Virus record (IMG/VR): IMGVR_UViG_3300037261_000012
Coordinates: 1-64,000 of that record
Length of the DNA stretch: 64,000 nt
Direction: 5' to 3' (one strand)
From: a virus
Each line of letters begins with the position of its first letter. Positions within the stretch are counted from its first letter, which is position 1. Under the pieces are notes generated by a model, which saw only the letters and a program-made list of their open reading frames with translations, was not told the DNA's origin and made no database searches. The position numbers and the translations under genes are program-made. Positions 9,600 to 19,818 of this stretch are shown here, piece after piece.

Positions 9600-10868
9600 A
9601 TGTATGCTATTGGTATGAAAGCTATGCTACGGTTGTGTCAACACCAATCAGCGTTGGCTTGGCATAAGGCAAAATTATCACCAGTGCTGTTCAAGCAGGA
9701 TGAAGTTGCGGCTTTCCTGTGGGTTGATCAGCATGTGAAGCTCCACCATCAACTTCCACAGGTGGAGACCTTACTACAAGCATTCCCGTTATTCAAGGGG
9801 GTGGAGGTGCCGGAACCACCAAGCTACTACCTTAAACTGCTGGAGAATAAGTACTTCTACGAGCGCATAAACCAGGCGAACATTGCCAGCCAAGAACTTC
9901 TTAAAAGCGATAAGGATGCACATGATAAGGCAATGATCCTGCTTCAAGAAGCAATAAATGATTGTAAGTACCAGAAATACCGAGCTAGGATCATGGATGT
10001 TGGCTTTGAAGCACCAGGGGTAGTTCTTGCTGCCTACCATGATGTGTTGAAGCAAGAGGAGTTCCTGGAGTTTGGTTGGCCCCACATGGACTCCACTGGT
10101 GGGGTGATGCCAGGAGATGTAATTTCTATAGTTGGAAGGCCCGCAGCCGGGAAAACCTGGATGATGCTGTACATAGCACTGTATAACTGGATGCGTGGTA
10201 GAAACAGCTTGTTGGTGAGCATGGAGATGAGTCCACTGCCAATTGCCCAACGGGTAACCAGCATGTATGCACATACTAACATCAGTCAGTTGCAAGAGGC
10301 TGGCTATTCAATGTTTCCAGCAGGAGGAACCTACGCTAAGTTCGTACAGGGTCTCCAAAAACTGGAGAATGAGAAAGCCAAGCTGTACATAGTGGATGGG
10401 AACCTGGCGGCCAGTGCTGAAGACGTATTTATCTTGGCAGATCAATTAAAATGCAAGAACATATTGGTAGATGGGGCATACCTGTTACGCCATAAGAATG
10501 TTAGGCTGGACAGGTATACCAGGGCTGCTGAAAACGTGGAGTTGATGAAACGATCCTGCACTGACAGTGAAGCCAGTTGTTTTGCAAGCTGGCAGTTCGC
10601 CAAAACTGCTACTACTAAAGCCAAAGCACATAAAGGGCAAGGCGATCTTGAGGATATTGGATACACGGATGCAATAGCCCAGATTAGCTCTATTGTTCTT
10701 GGGTTGTTCCAGGAGGATGGGGTAGAGACTATGAAGAAGCGAAAGGTCAGTGCTTTGAAGGGACGGTCAGGACAGACGGGGGAGTTCAGTATTTTCTGGG
10801 ACTTCCTGAATATGGATTTCTCACAGGTTTTCGAGACTTTAGTACACGGCCCTCTGTCATTTGTATAA
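9600..10868 (+). CDS. dnaB: DnaB-like replicative helicase
   Basis: GRPAAGKT, VSMEM, ILVDGAY, SWQ, DIGYTDAIAQ, KGR. Confidence 0.88.
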   Translation: MYAIGMKAMLRLCQHQSALAWHKAKLSPVLFKQDEVAAFLWVDQHVKLHHQLPQVETLLQAFPLFKGVEVPEPPSYYLKLLENKYFYERINQANIASQELLKSDKDAHDKAMILLQEAINDCKYQKYRARIMDVGFEAPGVVLAAYHDVLKQEEFLEFGWPHMDSTGGVMPGDVISIVGRPAAGKTWMMLYIALYNWMRGRNSLLVSMEMSPLPIAQRVTSMYAHTNISQLQEAGYSMFPAGGTYAKFVQGLQKLENEKAKLYIVDGNLAASAEDVFILADQLKCKNILVDGAYLLRHKNVRLDRYTRAAENVELMKRSCTDSEASCFASWQFAKTATTKAKAHKGQGDLEDIGYTDAIAQISSIVLGLFQEDGVETMKKRKVSALKGRSGQTGEFSIFWDFLNMDFSQVFETLVHGPLSFV

Positions 10869-10929
10869 AAAGGTGTTGACAAATCGACAAAGTGTGTTAC
10901 ACTCGTAGTAAGTTCAATAGCAGTATCTC

Positions 10930-11421
10930 ATGGAGGATAGTATGGCCCTTACAATTGAAAAGATTGTGCAGGTTCAGGAACAGGCACCAGTGCAAGCACA
11001 GAAGCCTGCCGTGGCGGTTGCCATGGTGGCTCAAGACGCTGGTTCCTTACTGGCCGATGAGTTGATCAATCTGGAGCTAAAACTGAGAGGTATTGAGTAC
11101 GCGAAGATCATCGCCAGGCAGAAAGAAATAAAAGACCTGCTCGTTGGTATGGCTAACGCCAACTACAAGTCTGATGTGCCAGTGACGTTCAGCGGCACCC
11201 TGGGGGACGTGAACCTTACCAAGTGTGCTTCAAAGACAGTGGTTAAAGACCCATTGAATCTATTCCAGACCTTACAGAATAAATTCAACCTTGAGATTGC
11301 TATGAGTTGTGTCAACTGGAATCTCACTGGCTTGGCTAAAGTTCTCAGTGAGAATGAACTGGAAGTTTTCACCAAGAAGGAGGAAGGTAGTCGTAGTACC
11401 AAAATTGTGCCAAAGGTGTAA
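10930..11421 (+). CDS. Hypothetical protein
   Basis: Promoter at 10876; GGAGG RBS suggests a start at 10942. Confidence 0.7.
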   Translation: MEDSMALTIEKIVQVQEQAPVQAQKPAVAVAMVAQDAGSLLADELINLELKLRGIEYAKIIARQKEIKDLLVGMANANYKSDVPVTFSGTLGDVNLTKCASKTVVKDPLNLFQTLQNKFNLEIAMSCVNWNLTGLAKVLSENELEVFTKKEEGSRSTKIVPKV

Positions 11422-11424
11422 TTA

Positions 11425-11652
11425 GTGGTAAGGATAATTGAAATGCAAGTGCTGGAGGGGGAGCGTTCACCTACTGGCAGAGAAATTCACATGGAGGAGA
11501 GTAGTCCATTCTTTTCCACTGTGGCTGGAGGGATGCGCGCCATAGAATTGGGTTTTCTGGCCGTGAACATCTCTTTATTTGAACAACTCAGAATGATCAT
11601 CGAAGAAGCAAATGCCACAGAAAATGAACTTCCTGAAGGTGGAACAAACTGA
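11425..11652 (+). CDS. Hypothetical protein
   Basis: ORF within the operon. Confidence 0.45.
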   Translation: MVRIIEMQVLEGERSPTGREIHMEESSPFFSTVAGGMRAIELGFLAVNISLFEQLRMIIEEANATENELPEGGTN

Positions 11653-11818
11653 CGAGCTATGGGTACAGAAAGACGGAACCTCCATACCAGTGGGGTTGAT
11701 GGAGGTACACCACCTCAAGAATGCCCTTCGTAAAATGATAAAATGGCGCAATCAATTGCAGAAGAACATGGAAGCATTGAAAGAGGAAGAAACAGGCCAA
11801 CCTGGAGACCATAATTGA
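11612..11818 (+). CDS. Hypothetical protein
   Basis: WVQKDG..IPV..M...HLKNA, a common small phage protein pattern. Confidence 0.55.
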   Translation: MPQKMNFLKVEQTDELWVQKDGTSIPVGLMEVHHLKNALRKMIKWRNQLQKNMEALKEEETGQPGDHN

Positions 11819-12780
11819 ATGCTGAACAAGGCATCCTTTTTTTGAAGGCTATTGGAGCCAAGAATCTCCAGGTAAGGGAGCAGTGGATAACAGCATCGTG
11901 TCCTTTGGCATTTCTAACCCATAAAAATAATAAAGATAGCAACCCATCCTTTGGTTTGTCCTTAGGCACCAAGAGTTTCTATAATTGTTTTGCCTGTGGT
12001 AGAGGTAGCGCCGTCCAGTTATTGCAATCAATTGCAGCTAATGGTGAAGGTGTGGATATTCCCCTTGCTACTGCGTTGCTTGAGCAAGAGGCATCAACAA
12101 TAGCTTTTCTACCTGGGTATTCTGAGTTTGCGAATAACGAAACTACAGAGTTCTCTGCCTGGCCTGAATACTGGATAGACAGTTTTTTGTTGGCAGGGAT
12201 GAATACAGAAGCAGCTTTATACCTGGGTAAGAGAGATGATATAGGAGTGCCTGTGTATCAGTGGGAGAAGTTTGAACTTCATTATGATACTGCCAGGCAC
12301 ATGATAGTTTGTCCTTTCAGGAACGTGTGGGGAGAGTTAGCAGGGGCCAGAGGTAGGTTTATAGGTAAGAAGGATAAGGATACCCCTAGTTGGCAAGTAC
12401 ATTTTGACTACGGGTGGAACAACATCCGTAATACAAGAATGGTATGGTACAACGAGCAAGCATTACAGTTGGATGGGTGGGTGGTAGTAGTTGAAGGGCA
12501 ATTTGACTGTATGAGAATAGATGAGAAATATAAAAAGGTGGTGGCCAATCTAACGGCCCTTCCAACACACCCAAAGCTTATGAAGTTGCTTCAGTCTGAT
12601 GGGGTAATACATATACCAGATAATGATATGACGGGTGAAAAGAGTGTAGTTGAGTACCAAGAATTCTGTAAAAGTCATAAACTTAGGTATAAGAAATTGA
12701 GTCTGCCTGATGGAATAAAGGATGCTTCAGAGTGTAATCCTGACTATATTTTCGACAGGATTATGGAGTTACACAGTTGA
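11815..12780 (+). CDS. DNA primase (Zn finger + TOPRIM)
   Basis: CP...H..DSNPSF...CFAC; VVVEGQFD; DND; KDASE. Confidence 0.9.
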   Translation: MNAEQGILFLKAIGAKNLQVREQWITASCPLAFLTHKNNKDSNPSFGLSLGTKSFYNCFACGRGSAVQLLQSIAANGEGVDIPLATALLEQEASTIAFLPGYSEFANNETTEFSAWPEYWIDSFLLAGMNTEAALYLGKRDDIGVPVYQWEKFELHYDTARHMIVCPFRNVWGELAGARGRFIGKKDKDTPSWQVHFDYGWNNIRNTRMVWYNEQALQLDGWVVVVEGQFDCMRIDEKYKKVVANLTALPTHPKLMKLLQSDGVIHIPDNDMTGEKSVVEYQEFCKSHKLRYKKLSLPDGIKDASECNPDYIFDRIMELHS

Positions 12781-12864
12781 CAAAGACTTGCTCTACTGGT
12801 ATAGTGTTATTGTCTCATTGAGACAGGCTTAATCCTGCTAGGGATAACTTATAGGAGTTAAATC

Positions 12865-13668
12865 ATGATTTCATGGATGAAGAAAGGCGCTGAAAGCGTA
12901 GCCGCAGTAAAACAAGATGCAGTAGAGTATGAAGCACGCAAGCTAGAAATAGGAAAGATGTGGCGCTTCTTCCTTCGATGGAAGGGAGACCCCAAGGTAA
13001 AATCAGAATCAGACTGGAAGGCCCAGATAACCTTTGTGGATGGTGACCTATCACCAGAAGGGTTTCTTCTACCGCCAAGGTTCTACGAACATGGTTTGAT
13101 GCTGAATGGACAAGTCTCAAACATTGTTTGCCCTGAAAAGACTAACCCAAGTGGTGGGGAAGACATGAAGTGCCCACTATGTGAGGGTGGAGACCGGCCA
13201 ATGCTGGTGGCAGTGTTCACTATCATTGACCACCGTATGCAATCCAGCAAGGATGGCACCAAGCATTACAAGGACACCAAGAGGTTATTGGTGGTGAAAA
13301 GTAACACGTTCGAGCAGTTGAACATGATGGCGATCAAGCGCGGAGGTCTTGCAGGATGCAAGTTTGATGTCATGCGCGTTGGTGAGAAAGCAGCTAACGT
13401 AGGTGACGTATTCGACTTCTGTGATAAGAAGCCGGTTGCCGAACTCCAGGCTATGTACATGGATGAGGTAGTTGACCCTAAGACTAATGCCAAGTCCATG
13501 GTGACTCGTTTCAAGCCAGCAGACTATGAGAATGAAATCGTGTTCCGCAGTGGCAAGGAACTTCGTGCAGCAGGGTTCGGTAAGCCACAAGTGGGAATGA
13601 CAGGTTTTGCCAACGCCGCAACTAGCGGTGGTGAAGCTAGTACTACTGACTACGCTAAGAACCTGTGA
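12865..13668 (+). CDS. Single-stranded DNA-binding protein (gp32-like)
   Basis: FYEH...CP...CPLCE Zn site; position in the replication block; own promoter. Confidence 0.65.
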   Translation: MISWMKKGAESVAAVKQDAVEYEARKLEIGKMWRFFLRWKGDPKVKSESDWKAQITFVDGDLSPEGFLLPPRFYEHGLMLNGQVSNIVCPEKTNPSGGEDMKCPLCEGGDRPMLVAVFTIIDHRMQSSKDGTKHYKDTKRLLVVKSNTFEQLNMMAIKRGGLAGCKFDVMRVGEKAANVGDVFDFCDKKPVAELQAMYMDEVVDPKTNAKSMVTRFKPADYENEIVFRSGKELRAAGFGKPQVGMTGFANAATSGGEASTTDYAKNL

Positions 13669-14991
13669 GCCAGATAGTCTCAGTCATCCCGGAATTCTCG
13701 GGGGCGTATTCTGTACTCCCCTGGAGTCCTGGGCTGGCTGAGGCTTACCGCTTTAAGGATGCTTTCGGGGAACCAGTTAATATGGCCAGAAGGATGGGAA
13801 ATGCCCTATGGGTTCCAAGGAATAGTTGTCCAGTATCACCACATGATGGACGAGTAGTAAAACCCTACACTGCAATCAATTGCAGTTTTACTCCAGCAAA
13901 TAGTGAGCAAGCCCCGTTGGCGGATATGTCTCTTTCCCTGCTTCGTAGTGGGAGAGATCACATATTTGAAGCACCAACGGGGTGGGGATAAAACCGTTGT
14001 AGGAAGTCTCATTGCAGCTAAGTTAGGGCAACCAACGCTGATCGTCGTGACTAAGAACGACCTTACTGTGGCGTGGAAACAAGCGTTAAACCAAATTCTA
14101 GGAATTCCTCTGAGCATGATAGGGCAAGTCCAGCAAGATATGTGCGATTGGAAGGGCAAGCAGTTCGTGATAGGTATGTTACATTCCCTCATAATTGAGG
14201 ATCGTTACCCGGAGGAAATGTACCGTCACTTCGGTCTGATGATTGTGGATGAAGTGCATTTGGTTGCAGCCGAACATTTCCAGGAAATATGTTGGAAAGT
14301 ACCAGCTAAACATAGAATAGGTTTCAGTGCCACCCCAACTAGGAAGGACGGCAGGGATAGACTACTCAAGGCGCACATCGGAGAAACTCTGGTAAAAGGG
14401 TATCTTGTGCCAATGAAGCCTAAGGTGCTTGTAAAGAAAACTGGCTGGCAGATACCTATGTATAGGGATAGAGAAACAATGGGGTTGGTGAAGATACCTC
14501 ACCAACCTGGTAGGATGATGGGTGTGGTGAAGGCCCAGGCAAATAACCAGAATAGGAACTTGTTAATCCTGGAGTTCGTGCTGGCCACGTTTAAGAACGG
14601 GCGTAGAACTGTTATAATGGCTGATACCTTAGATCATCTTGACAGGTTATTCCAGATATTTACCAGTGGTGGTATCAGTGGAGACAAGATTGGTTTCTAT
14701 GTGGGGCAGATGTCTCAAGCTGATCTGGACTTCAACAAGGAAAAGCCTGTGATATTGGCGACATACCGTATGGTTTCAACAGGTACGAATGTCCCAAAAT
14801 GGGATACCTTAGTGTTGGCTACTCCACGCTCAGATGTTAAACAAATGATAGGTAGGGTACTACGATTTTTGACTGACAAGAAACAACCTGTCATCCTGGA
14901 TTTGCTTGACGATGATAAGTTGTTGCACAATTTTCACCTATCAAGATTACGTCAATACTACGCTGTAGGGGCAGAAATTGTATATGTTTGA
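13665..14991 (+). pseudogene. SF2 (UvsW/XPB-like) DNA helicase interrupted by one extra nucleotide in Walker A
   Basis: ORF1 ends EAPTGWG*; the +1 frame continues KTVVGS...DEVH...SAT...QMIGRVLR. The joined motif is EAPTGWGKT. Confidence 0.85.
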
Positions 14992-15002
14992 GGGGTTTGG
15001 CT

Positions 15003-15413
15003 ATGGGAAAAACTTTTCGTGATTGGTACAACGGTGGTGGGGATAAAAAGCTTTCTAGAGAGCGTAAGGAACGTTATGCCAATGATCCGGTTTACCGCCA
15101 GACGGTGATTGATAGGGCTAAGGCTCAAAGAGATAAAAGAGTAAGTGAGCCTCCCCCATTAGGATATGATTTCACTATGGCGGAAGCAGCAGAGCATGTG
15201 GGTGTGACGATCTGGACTCTACGTGAGTGGCGTAAGAAAAACTACTTCCCGGAACCAATGGATTACAAGGGAAAGAAGCTATTTACCAACGGGCAACTCA
15301 CCTTGCTAGGCAAGATTAAGGATTTCCTCACCTCCTGTGGGACTCGCATGAGCAAGTCCCATAAAGAGCAGTTGGACAACGTAGTGGGACTTATATATAG
15401 CAACTGGTCATAA
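15003..15413 (+). CDS. MerR-type HTH DNA-binding protein
   Basis: FTMAEAAEHVGVTIWTLREWRKK. Confidence 0.75.
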   Translation: MGKTFRDWYNGGGDKKLSRERKERYANDPVYRQTVIDRAKAQRDKRVSEPPPLGYDFTMAEAAEHVGVTIWTLREWRKKNYFPEPMDYKGKKLFTNGQLTLLGKIKDFLTSCGTRMSKSHKEQLDNVVGLIYSNWS

Positions 15414-15429
15414 CGGCACGGAGGCCAGT

Positions 15430-15798
15430 ATGAGTATCAATTTCGGAACTAAAGCTGGAGATGGTTATAAGGCTCATCTTGGGCCAGATAGCGGGTTGGT
15501 CAGTACACCAGTCACTGGAACAGTTTTGGCGGAGAAAGGAAGCAAGAGCAAAGGCTTCTCTGTCTACAAAAACAGTGAAGAAACAATAAACAAAGGAGTA
15601 TTAACATCAGAAGCTGAATTGATCATGATGGAAGTAGGTGGTGGTCGGACAGTCAACCTTGGAAACTTTGAGTCAGCCAGGATTGACGTTCATCTGAAAA
15701 TACCATCTACTATGGAAACAATGGAAGAAACGTATGAGTTCGCCACGAAGTGGGTTGGTGACAAAATCAAAGAGGCAGTGGACGGGGCAAAAGGGTAA
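15430..15798 (+). CDS. Hypothetical protein
   Basis: GGAGG RBS; TVNLGNFESARID motif. Confidence 0.7.
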   Translation: MSINFGTKAGDGYKAHLGPDSGLVSTPVTGTVLAEKGSKSKGFSVYKNSEETINKGVLTSEAELIMMEVGGGRTVNLGNFESARIDVHLKIPSTMETMEETYEFATKWVGDKIKEAVDGAKG

Positions 15799-15800
15799 CT

Positions 15801-16967
15801 ATGATCAAAATTGAAGGCACGCCAGCACCAAAGGTGGTGACTGTAACCCCAAAGAAATCTGGTGAATTAGCTGGAATTCTTTCGGCTATAAAGAAAGAGA
15901 AGGGTGACAAGGTGGTGATGGCTGGCTCAGATATTCACCCAGTAGAACGTATTGCTACTGGTATGTTTGAAGTAGACATAGCCATAGGTGGTGGTTTTCC
16001 AAGAGGAAGGTATAGCATCATATACGGGCCTGAAGGTTCAACCAAGACTAACGTCTGTTACTGTGCAATAGCTACTGCCCAACGTATGCCGCCCCCATGC
16101 AATAAGGCAGTATTCGTTGATCTTGAAGGTACATTTTCTCCAGATTGGGCTGCTAGGTTCGGTGTGAACATAGATGAGTTGGTGCTGGTGAAACCTGCTT
16201 TCGGTGAGGAGGCTGTTGATCTAATAGATGCCCTTGTAAGGGCAGATGATGTGGCTATCTTGGTGGTTGATTCCCTAGCGGTTGTTGTGGCTAGTAAAGA
16301 AATTGCTCAAAGCACAGAGAAGTTCGATGTTGGTACAACCAGCATTCTTATAAAAAGATTGTGCAATAAGATGGTGATTGCCCTTTCCATTGAGAGTCGT
16401 CGCAACCACACACCGGCAGTTATCTTCATTAACCAAACTCGCTTCAAAATTGGGGTGATGTTTGGTGATCCAGAAACAATGCCTGGTGGCCAGACTATGA
16501 AGTTCCTGTCCAGCCTCACAGTGAGGGTGTATGGGAAGAACTTGATGGATAAGCTGGTGAGTACTACGCTACCTGCGTTCAAGACTGTTCATGCCGTGGT
16601 GAAAAAGGCAAAAGTTCCTATCACCAAGATTGAATTTGATTACGATATGTGTGTGTATCCACATGATACGCTGAAGGTAGGTCAAACCCGCAGTTGGGGG
16701 TTGGTTAGCAACAACTTGAAACAGATAGGAAAGCTGGAAAACACGGGTAAGGGATGGAAGCTGGAGGGAACGGTTTATCCTACCCTTGTGGTTATACAAG
16801 ATAAATATGAGAATGATAAAGACTTCTGCAATCAATTGCAGAAAATAGTGCTGGATTCACACAAAGGAAATATGTTCTATTGTAAAGACCCAGACGAGCT
16901 AAAAGGTGAGGAAGCTCTAGCTAAAGGTGTGATTGACTTAGAAACTGGGGAGATCGTAGGAAAATGA
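15801..16967 (+). CDS. recA: RecA/UvsX recombinase
   Basis: GGGFPRGR, YGPEGSTKT, VVDSLA, FINQTRFKIGVMFGDPETMPGG. Confidence 0.95.
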   Translation: MIKIEGTPAPKVVTVTPKKSGELAGILSAIKKEKGDKVVMAGSDIHPVERIATGMFEVDIAIGGGFPRGRYSIIYGPEGSTKTNVCYCAIATAQRMPPPCNKAVFVDLEGTFSPDWAARFGVNIDELVLVKPAFGEEAVDLIDALVRADDVAILVVDSLAVVVASKEIAQSTEKFDVGTTSILIKRLCNKMVIALSIESRRNHTPAVIFINQTRFKIGVMFGDPETMPGGQTMKFLSSLTVRVYGKNLMDKLVSTTLPAFKTVHAVVKKAKVPITKIEFDYDMCVYPHDTLKVGQTRSWGLVSNNLKQIGKLENTGKGWKLEGTVYPTLVVIQDKYENDKDFCNQLQKIVLDSHKGNMFYCKDPDELKGEEALAKGVIDLETGEIVGK

Positions 16968-17272
16968 GTCCAGATTTCTTTAACGGATTGTTCGAAGCAG
17001 TAGCTGGCCTACTTGTGTTTAATAATTGCCGAGCCGTTTTGAGAGACAAGCAGGTAAAAGGAGTTAGTATTATCAGCACTGCCATATTCACAAGCTGGGG
17101 ATTTTTCAATATTTATTACTACCCAAGCCTGGATCAATGGTGGAGTTTCAGCGGTGGTTTGGTAATTGTGTCAGCCAATTCTCTGTGGGTGTATCTGATG
17201 GTGAGATACACTGGAGGCTGGCCGCTGTTGTGGTTCCGCACCAAGATGTGGTTTGGAGGTATGCATGTCTAA
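16964..17272 (+). CDS. Small 3-TM membrane protein (PQ-loop/SemiSWEET-like)
   Basis: Three hydrophobic helices; KQVKGVS. Confidence 0.55.
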   Translation: MSPDFFNGLFEAVAGLLVFNNCRAVLRDKQVKGVSIISTAIFTSWGFFNIYYYPSLDQWWSFSGGLVIVSANSLWVYLMVRYTGGWPLLWFRTKMWFGGMHV

Positions 17273-17663
17273 CCCCTTCCTTGAACGTGTGGCCAAGAAG
17301 GGCCAGATCGGACATGGTGCCCTCTCCGAGAAGCGTGTAGGTCTCAGCCTTGCAGCTAGGATGCAGCCCGCCAGCGGGGCTATGGCTAGTGCCAAGAGCG
17401 ACTTTAAGATAAAGATCGGAACTAAGAAATTCCGTGGTGAATCAAAGAGCACGGTCAAAACTACCATGCCTTTGGACTTGGCTTGGCTGGAGAAGATAAG
17501 TCAGGAGTCAGCATCCGATGGGAGTATACCAATACTGACTTTGAGTTTTGTAACTCCAGAGGGTAAGCCAAGAACAAAAACTAACGCAGATTGGGCTTGT
17601 ATTCCTATGGTCTTTTTGAAAGAGCTATTGGATAATACGAAACGTCGGGAGCACCTGACTTGA
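17265..17663 (+). CDS. PD-(D/E)XK nuclease, Hjc-like resolvase
   Basis: G..SEK, PASGA, SD...GESKST. Confidence 0.7.
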   Translation: MSNPFLERVAKKGQIGHGALSEKRVGLSLAARMQPASGAMASAKSDFKIKIGTKKFRGESKSTVKTTMPLDLAWLEKISQESASDGSIPILTLSFVTPEGKPRTKTNADWACIPMVFLKELLDNTKRREHLT

Positions 17664-18541
17664 GTTCATGGCTTAAATCAGCAGTGATTGACGCAAATTC
17701 TGCAACCTACACAATCTTGGATGTTTTGAAAAAGAACATAGGTGGGTACAGGAAAGCCAGGTCAAGACAGCTTGTTCATGCAAGTGACGCAACTAAGCCT
17801 GGATTTTGCCCAAGGGAATGGGCCTTGATGGATTACTACAAGGTAACGCCACCAGATGAATTCATAAGTGCGGGGCTTCAAGCTACTTTTGATGTTGGGT
17901 TGATGACCGAGCATATCTTCGTCAACAAGTGGATAGGCAACCATGCTGTTGGAACTTGGGCTTGTACCAGGTGCGGGGAAGTTAAACACATGGTTACCAA
18001 GCCTGGCATGGGGTGTACTAAGCATCAGAAATGTCAGTGGGAATATCAGCAAGCTGTTTTTGTAAGCCAAGAGTATGGTGTGTCTGGAGCATTAGATTTG
18101 TTGGTGAACCTTGGCGCTCCAAAGTTATTTGTTACTGAAATAAAGATCATTAAGGTAGAGGATTTCGCTGAATTGCTAGTGCCTTTGCCAGAACATAGAT
18201 TGAGAACCGGAATTTATCTCAAACTGATTTCTGATAGCACAAATCCGCTAAAAGATGCTATCAACCTACAGGAGGCTAGAGTATGTTATGTGAGCAGGGG
18301 GTTCGGTAAGAAAAATGTGTCTACAGGAACTATCCTTCCTTTCAAAGAATTTGTTATAAAAAGGGACGATTCTGTGTGTTTACCTATCTTGAACAGAGCA
18401 AAGAAAGTGAAGATATTTCGGGAGACTGGCGCATTTCCTTGCGGTATTTGTAATACTGCATTAGATACTAGAGCTAAGAATTGTCCTGTAAATAAGCAAT
18501 GTTTCGGAGGAGCGCATCCACCAACACAAATCAAGGAGTGA
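17660..18541 (+). CDS. Cas4-like PD-(D/E)XK exonuclease with Cys cluster
   Basis: HAS...CPR, GALD, EIK, C-terminal C..C...CP...C. Confidence 0.7.
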   Translation: MSSWLKSAVIDANSATYTILDVLKKNIGGYRKARSRQLVHASDATKPGFCPREWALMDYYKVTPPDEFISAGLQATFDVGLMTEHIFVNKWIGNHAVGTWACTRCGEVKHMVTKPGMGCTKHQKCQWEYQQAVFVSQEYGVSGALDLLVNLGAPKLFVTEIKIIKVEDFAELLVPLPEHRLRTGIYLKLISDSTNPLKDAINLQEARVCYVSRGFGKKNVSTGTILPFKEFVIKRDDSVCLPILNRAKKVKIFRETGAFPCGICNTALDTRAKNCPVNKQCFGGAHPPTQIKE

Positions 18542-18543
18542 TT

Positions 18544-19248
18544 ATGGAATACCCTAAGCAAAAAGTACTAGATTTTGGTTACGTCAAGTTGATCGAAACC
18601 TGGGGTAAAGGTGAGGCTGATGTACCAGAGGCAGGTATAATTGAAGCCGCCCGCCAGAGTACCCAAGGAAGTTTCCGTGGTTGGGAGCAAGATGAGAAGC
18701 TTTTGAAGCATCTTTACAACAACAAGCATAGCACTCCTTTTGAGTTTGCTGGAATGGTGGTTGAAGTCCAGGCGCCTATCTTTGTGTTCAGGGAGTGGCA
18801 CCGCCACAGGACACAGGGATATAATGAAGCTAGTGCTAGATATTTGCCCTTACCAGATTTGAACTACCTGCCAACATACAACAGATTGCTCACAGTACAA
18901 ACGGCTAATAAACAAGCTCAAGGAACTGGTCATGTACTGGAGACTCTTGAAGCTCAGGTATGGTTGAAAGAATTGGAAGGCTTGTATGAACATGCTCAGA
19001 AAGTGTATGCTCGCGGCTTGGAAGCAGGGGTGCCTAAGGAACTAGCTAGGCTTGCAGTACCAGTGGCAAGGTATAGTAGGATGCGAGCTACCACTTGTCT
19101 ACGAAACTGGCTTGGATTCATGACTTTAAGATGTGATCCTAATGCCCAGTGGGAAATAAGGATGTACGCAGATGAAGTGTCTACCCTTATAAGCCAGCAT
19201 TTTCCTAAAACCTGGGAACTGTGGCGTAAGGAATTTGATAAAGAATGA
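18544..19248 (+). CDS. thyX: Flavin-dependent thymidylate synthase
   Basis: HSTPFE, RHRTQGYNEASARY, LRCDPNAQWEIR. Confidence 0.95.
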   Translation: MEYPKQKVLDFGYVKLIETWGKGEADVPEAGIIEAARQSTQGSFRGWEQDEKLLKHLYNNKHSTPFEFAGMVVEVQAPIFVFREWHRHRTQGYNEASARYLPLPDLNYLPTYNRLLTVQTANKQAQGTGHVLETLEAQVWLKELEGLYEHAQKVYARGLEAGVPKELARLAVPVARYSRMRATTCLRNWLGFMTLRCDPNAQWEIRMYADEVSTLISQHFPKTWELWRKEFDKE

Positions 19249-19308
19249 TCTCAATAGGTATTGACTCCGAGAACTATAGTAGTATAGTAGTTAATATACA
19301 AGGAAACC

Positions 19309-19794
19309 ATGATTTCCATAGGAATTGATCCAAGCACATGGACTGGCATAGTACGCATTGAAGGTACTGAATCAGTAGGTAAAGTGGTCAATTTCAAGGA
19401 TTTCACTGGTTGGAAGCGTCTGCACTTGATTGCAGAGGAAGTAACCAGAACCCTCAAACTGTGGTCTGGAGAAAACACAATAGTCACAATTGAGGATTAT
19501 GTAATAGGGCATGTAAGTTCTGTTGTGAAAGTAGTTGAAATAGGCACTGTATTGAGGTATAGTCTTTTTAAGAGTGGCATAAATTGGTATGAAGTAAAGC
19601 CAAGCACCTTGAAAAAATGGTGTACAGGTAAGGGTAATGCTAAGAAGCCAGATATGGCTCTTGCAGTTAAAGAAAGATGGGGCTATAGTAGCCCTTCAGA
19701 CGATATTGTCGATGCGTACTGCCTCGCTAAACTAGGCGAGCATGTATGCAACAATGGAGTGGGTGACCTGAAAGGTGTTCACCTTGGTTTTTAA
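19309..19794 (+). CDS. RuvC-like Holliday junction resolvase
   Basis: IGIDPS, IED, KK..TGKGNAKK, DDIVDA. Confidence 0.88.
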   Translation: MISIGIDPSTWTGIVRIEGTESVGKVVNFKDFTGWKRLHLIAEEVTRTLKLWSGENTIVTIEDYVIGHVSSVVKVVEIGTVLRYSLFKSGINWYEVKPSTLKKWCTGKGNAKKPDMALAVKERWGYSSPSDDIVDAYCLAKLGEHVCNNGVGDLKGVHLGF

Positions 19795-19818
19795 TCGCTT
19801 CTAAGGAGTAATACTATT

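Noticed and set aside
17660-18541. CRISPR-Cas system implied by the Cas4-like gene
   Set aside because: No array and no other cas genes; stand-alone Cas4-like exonucleases are common in phage recombination blocks.
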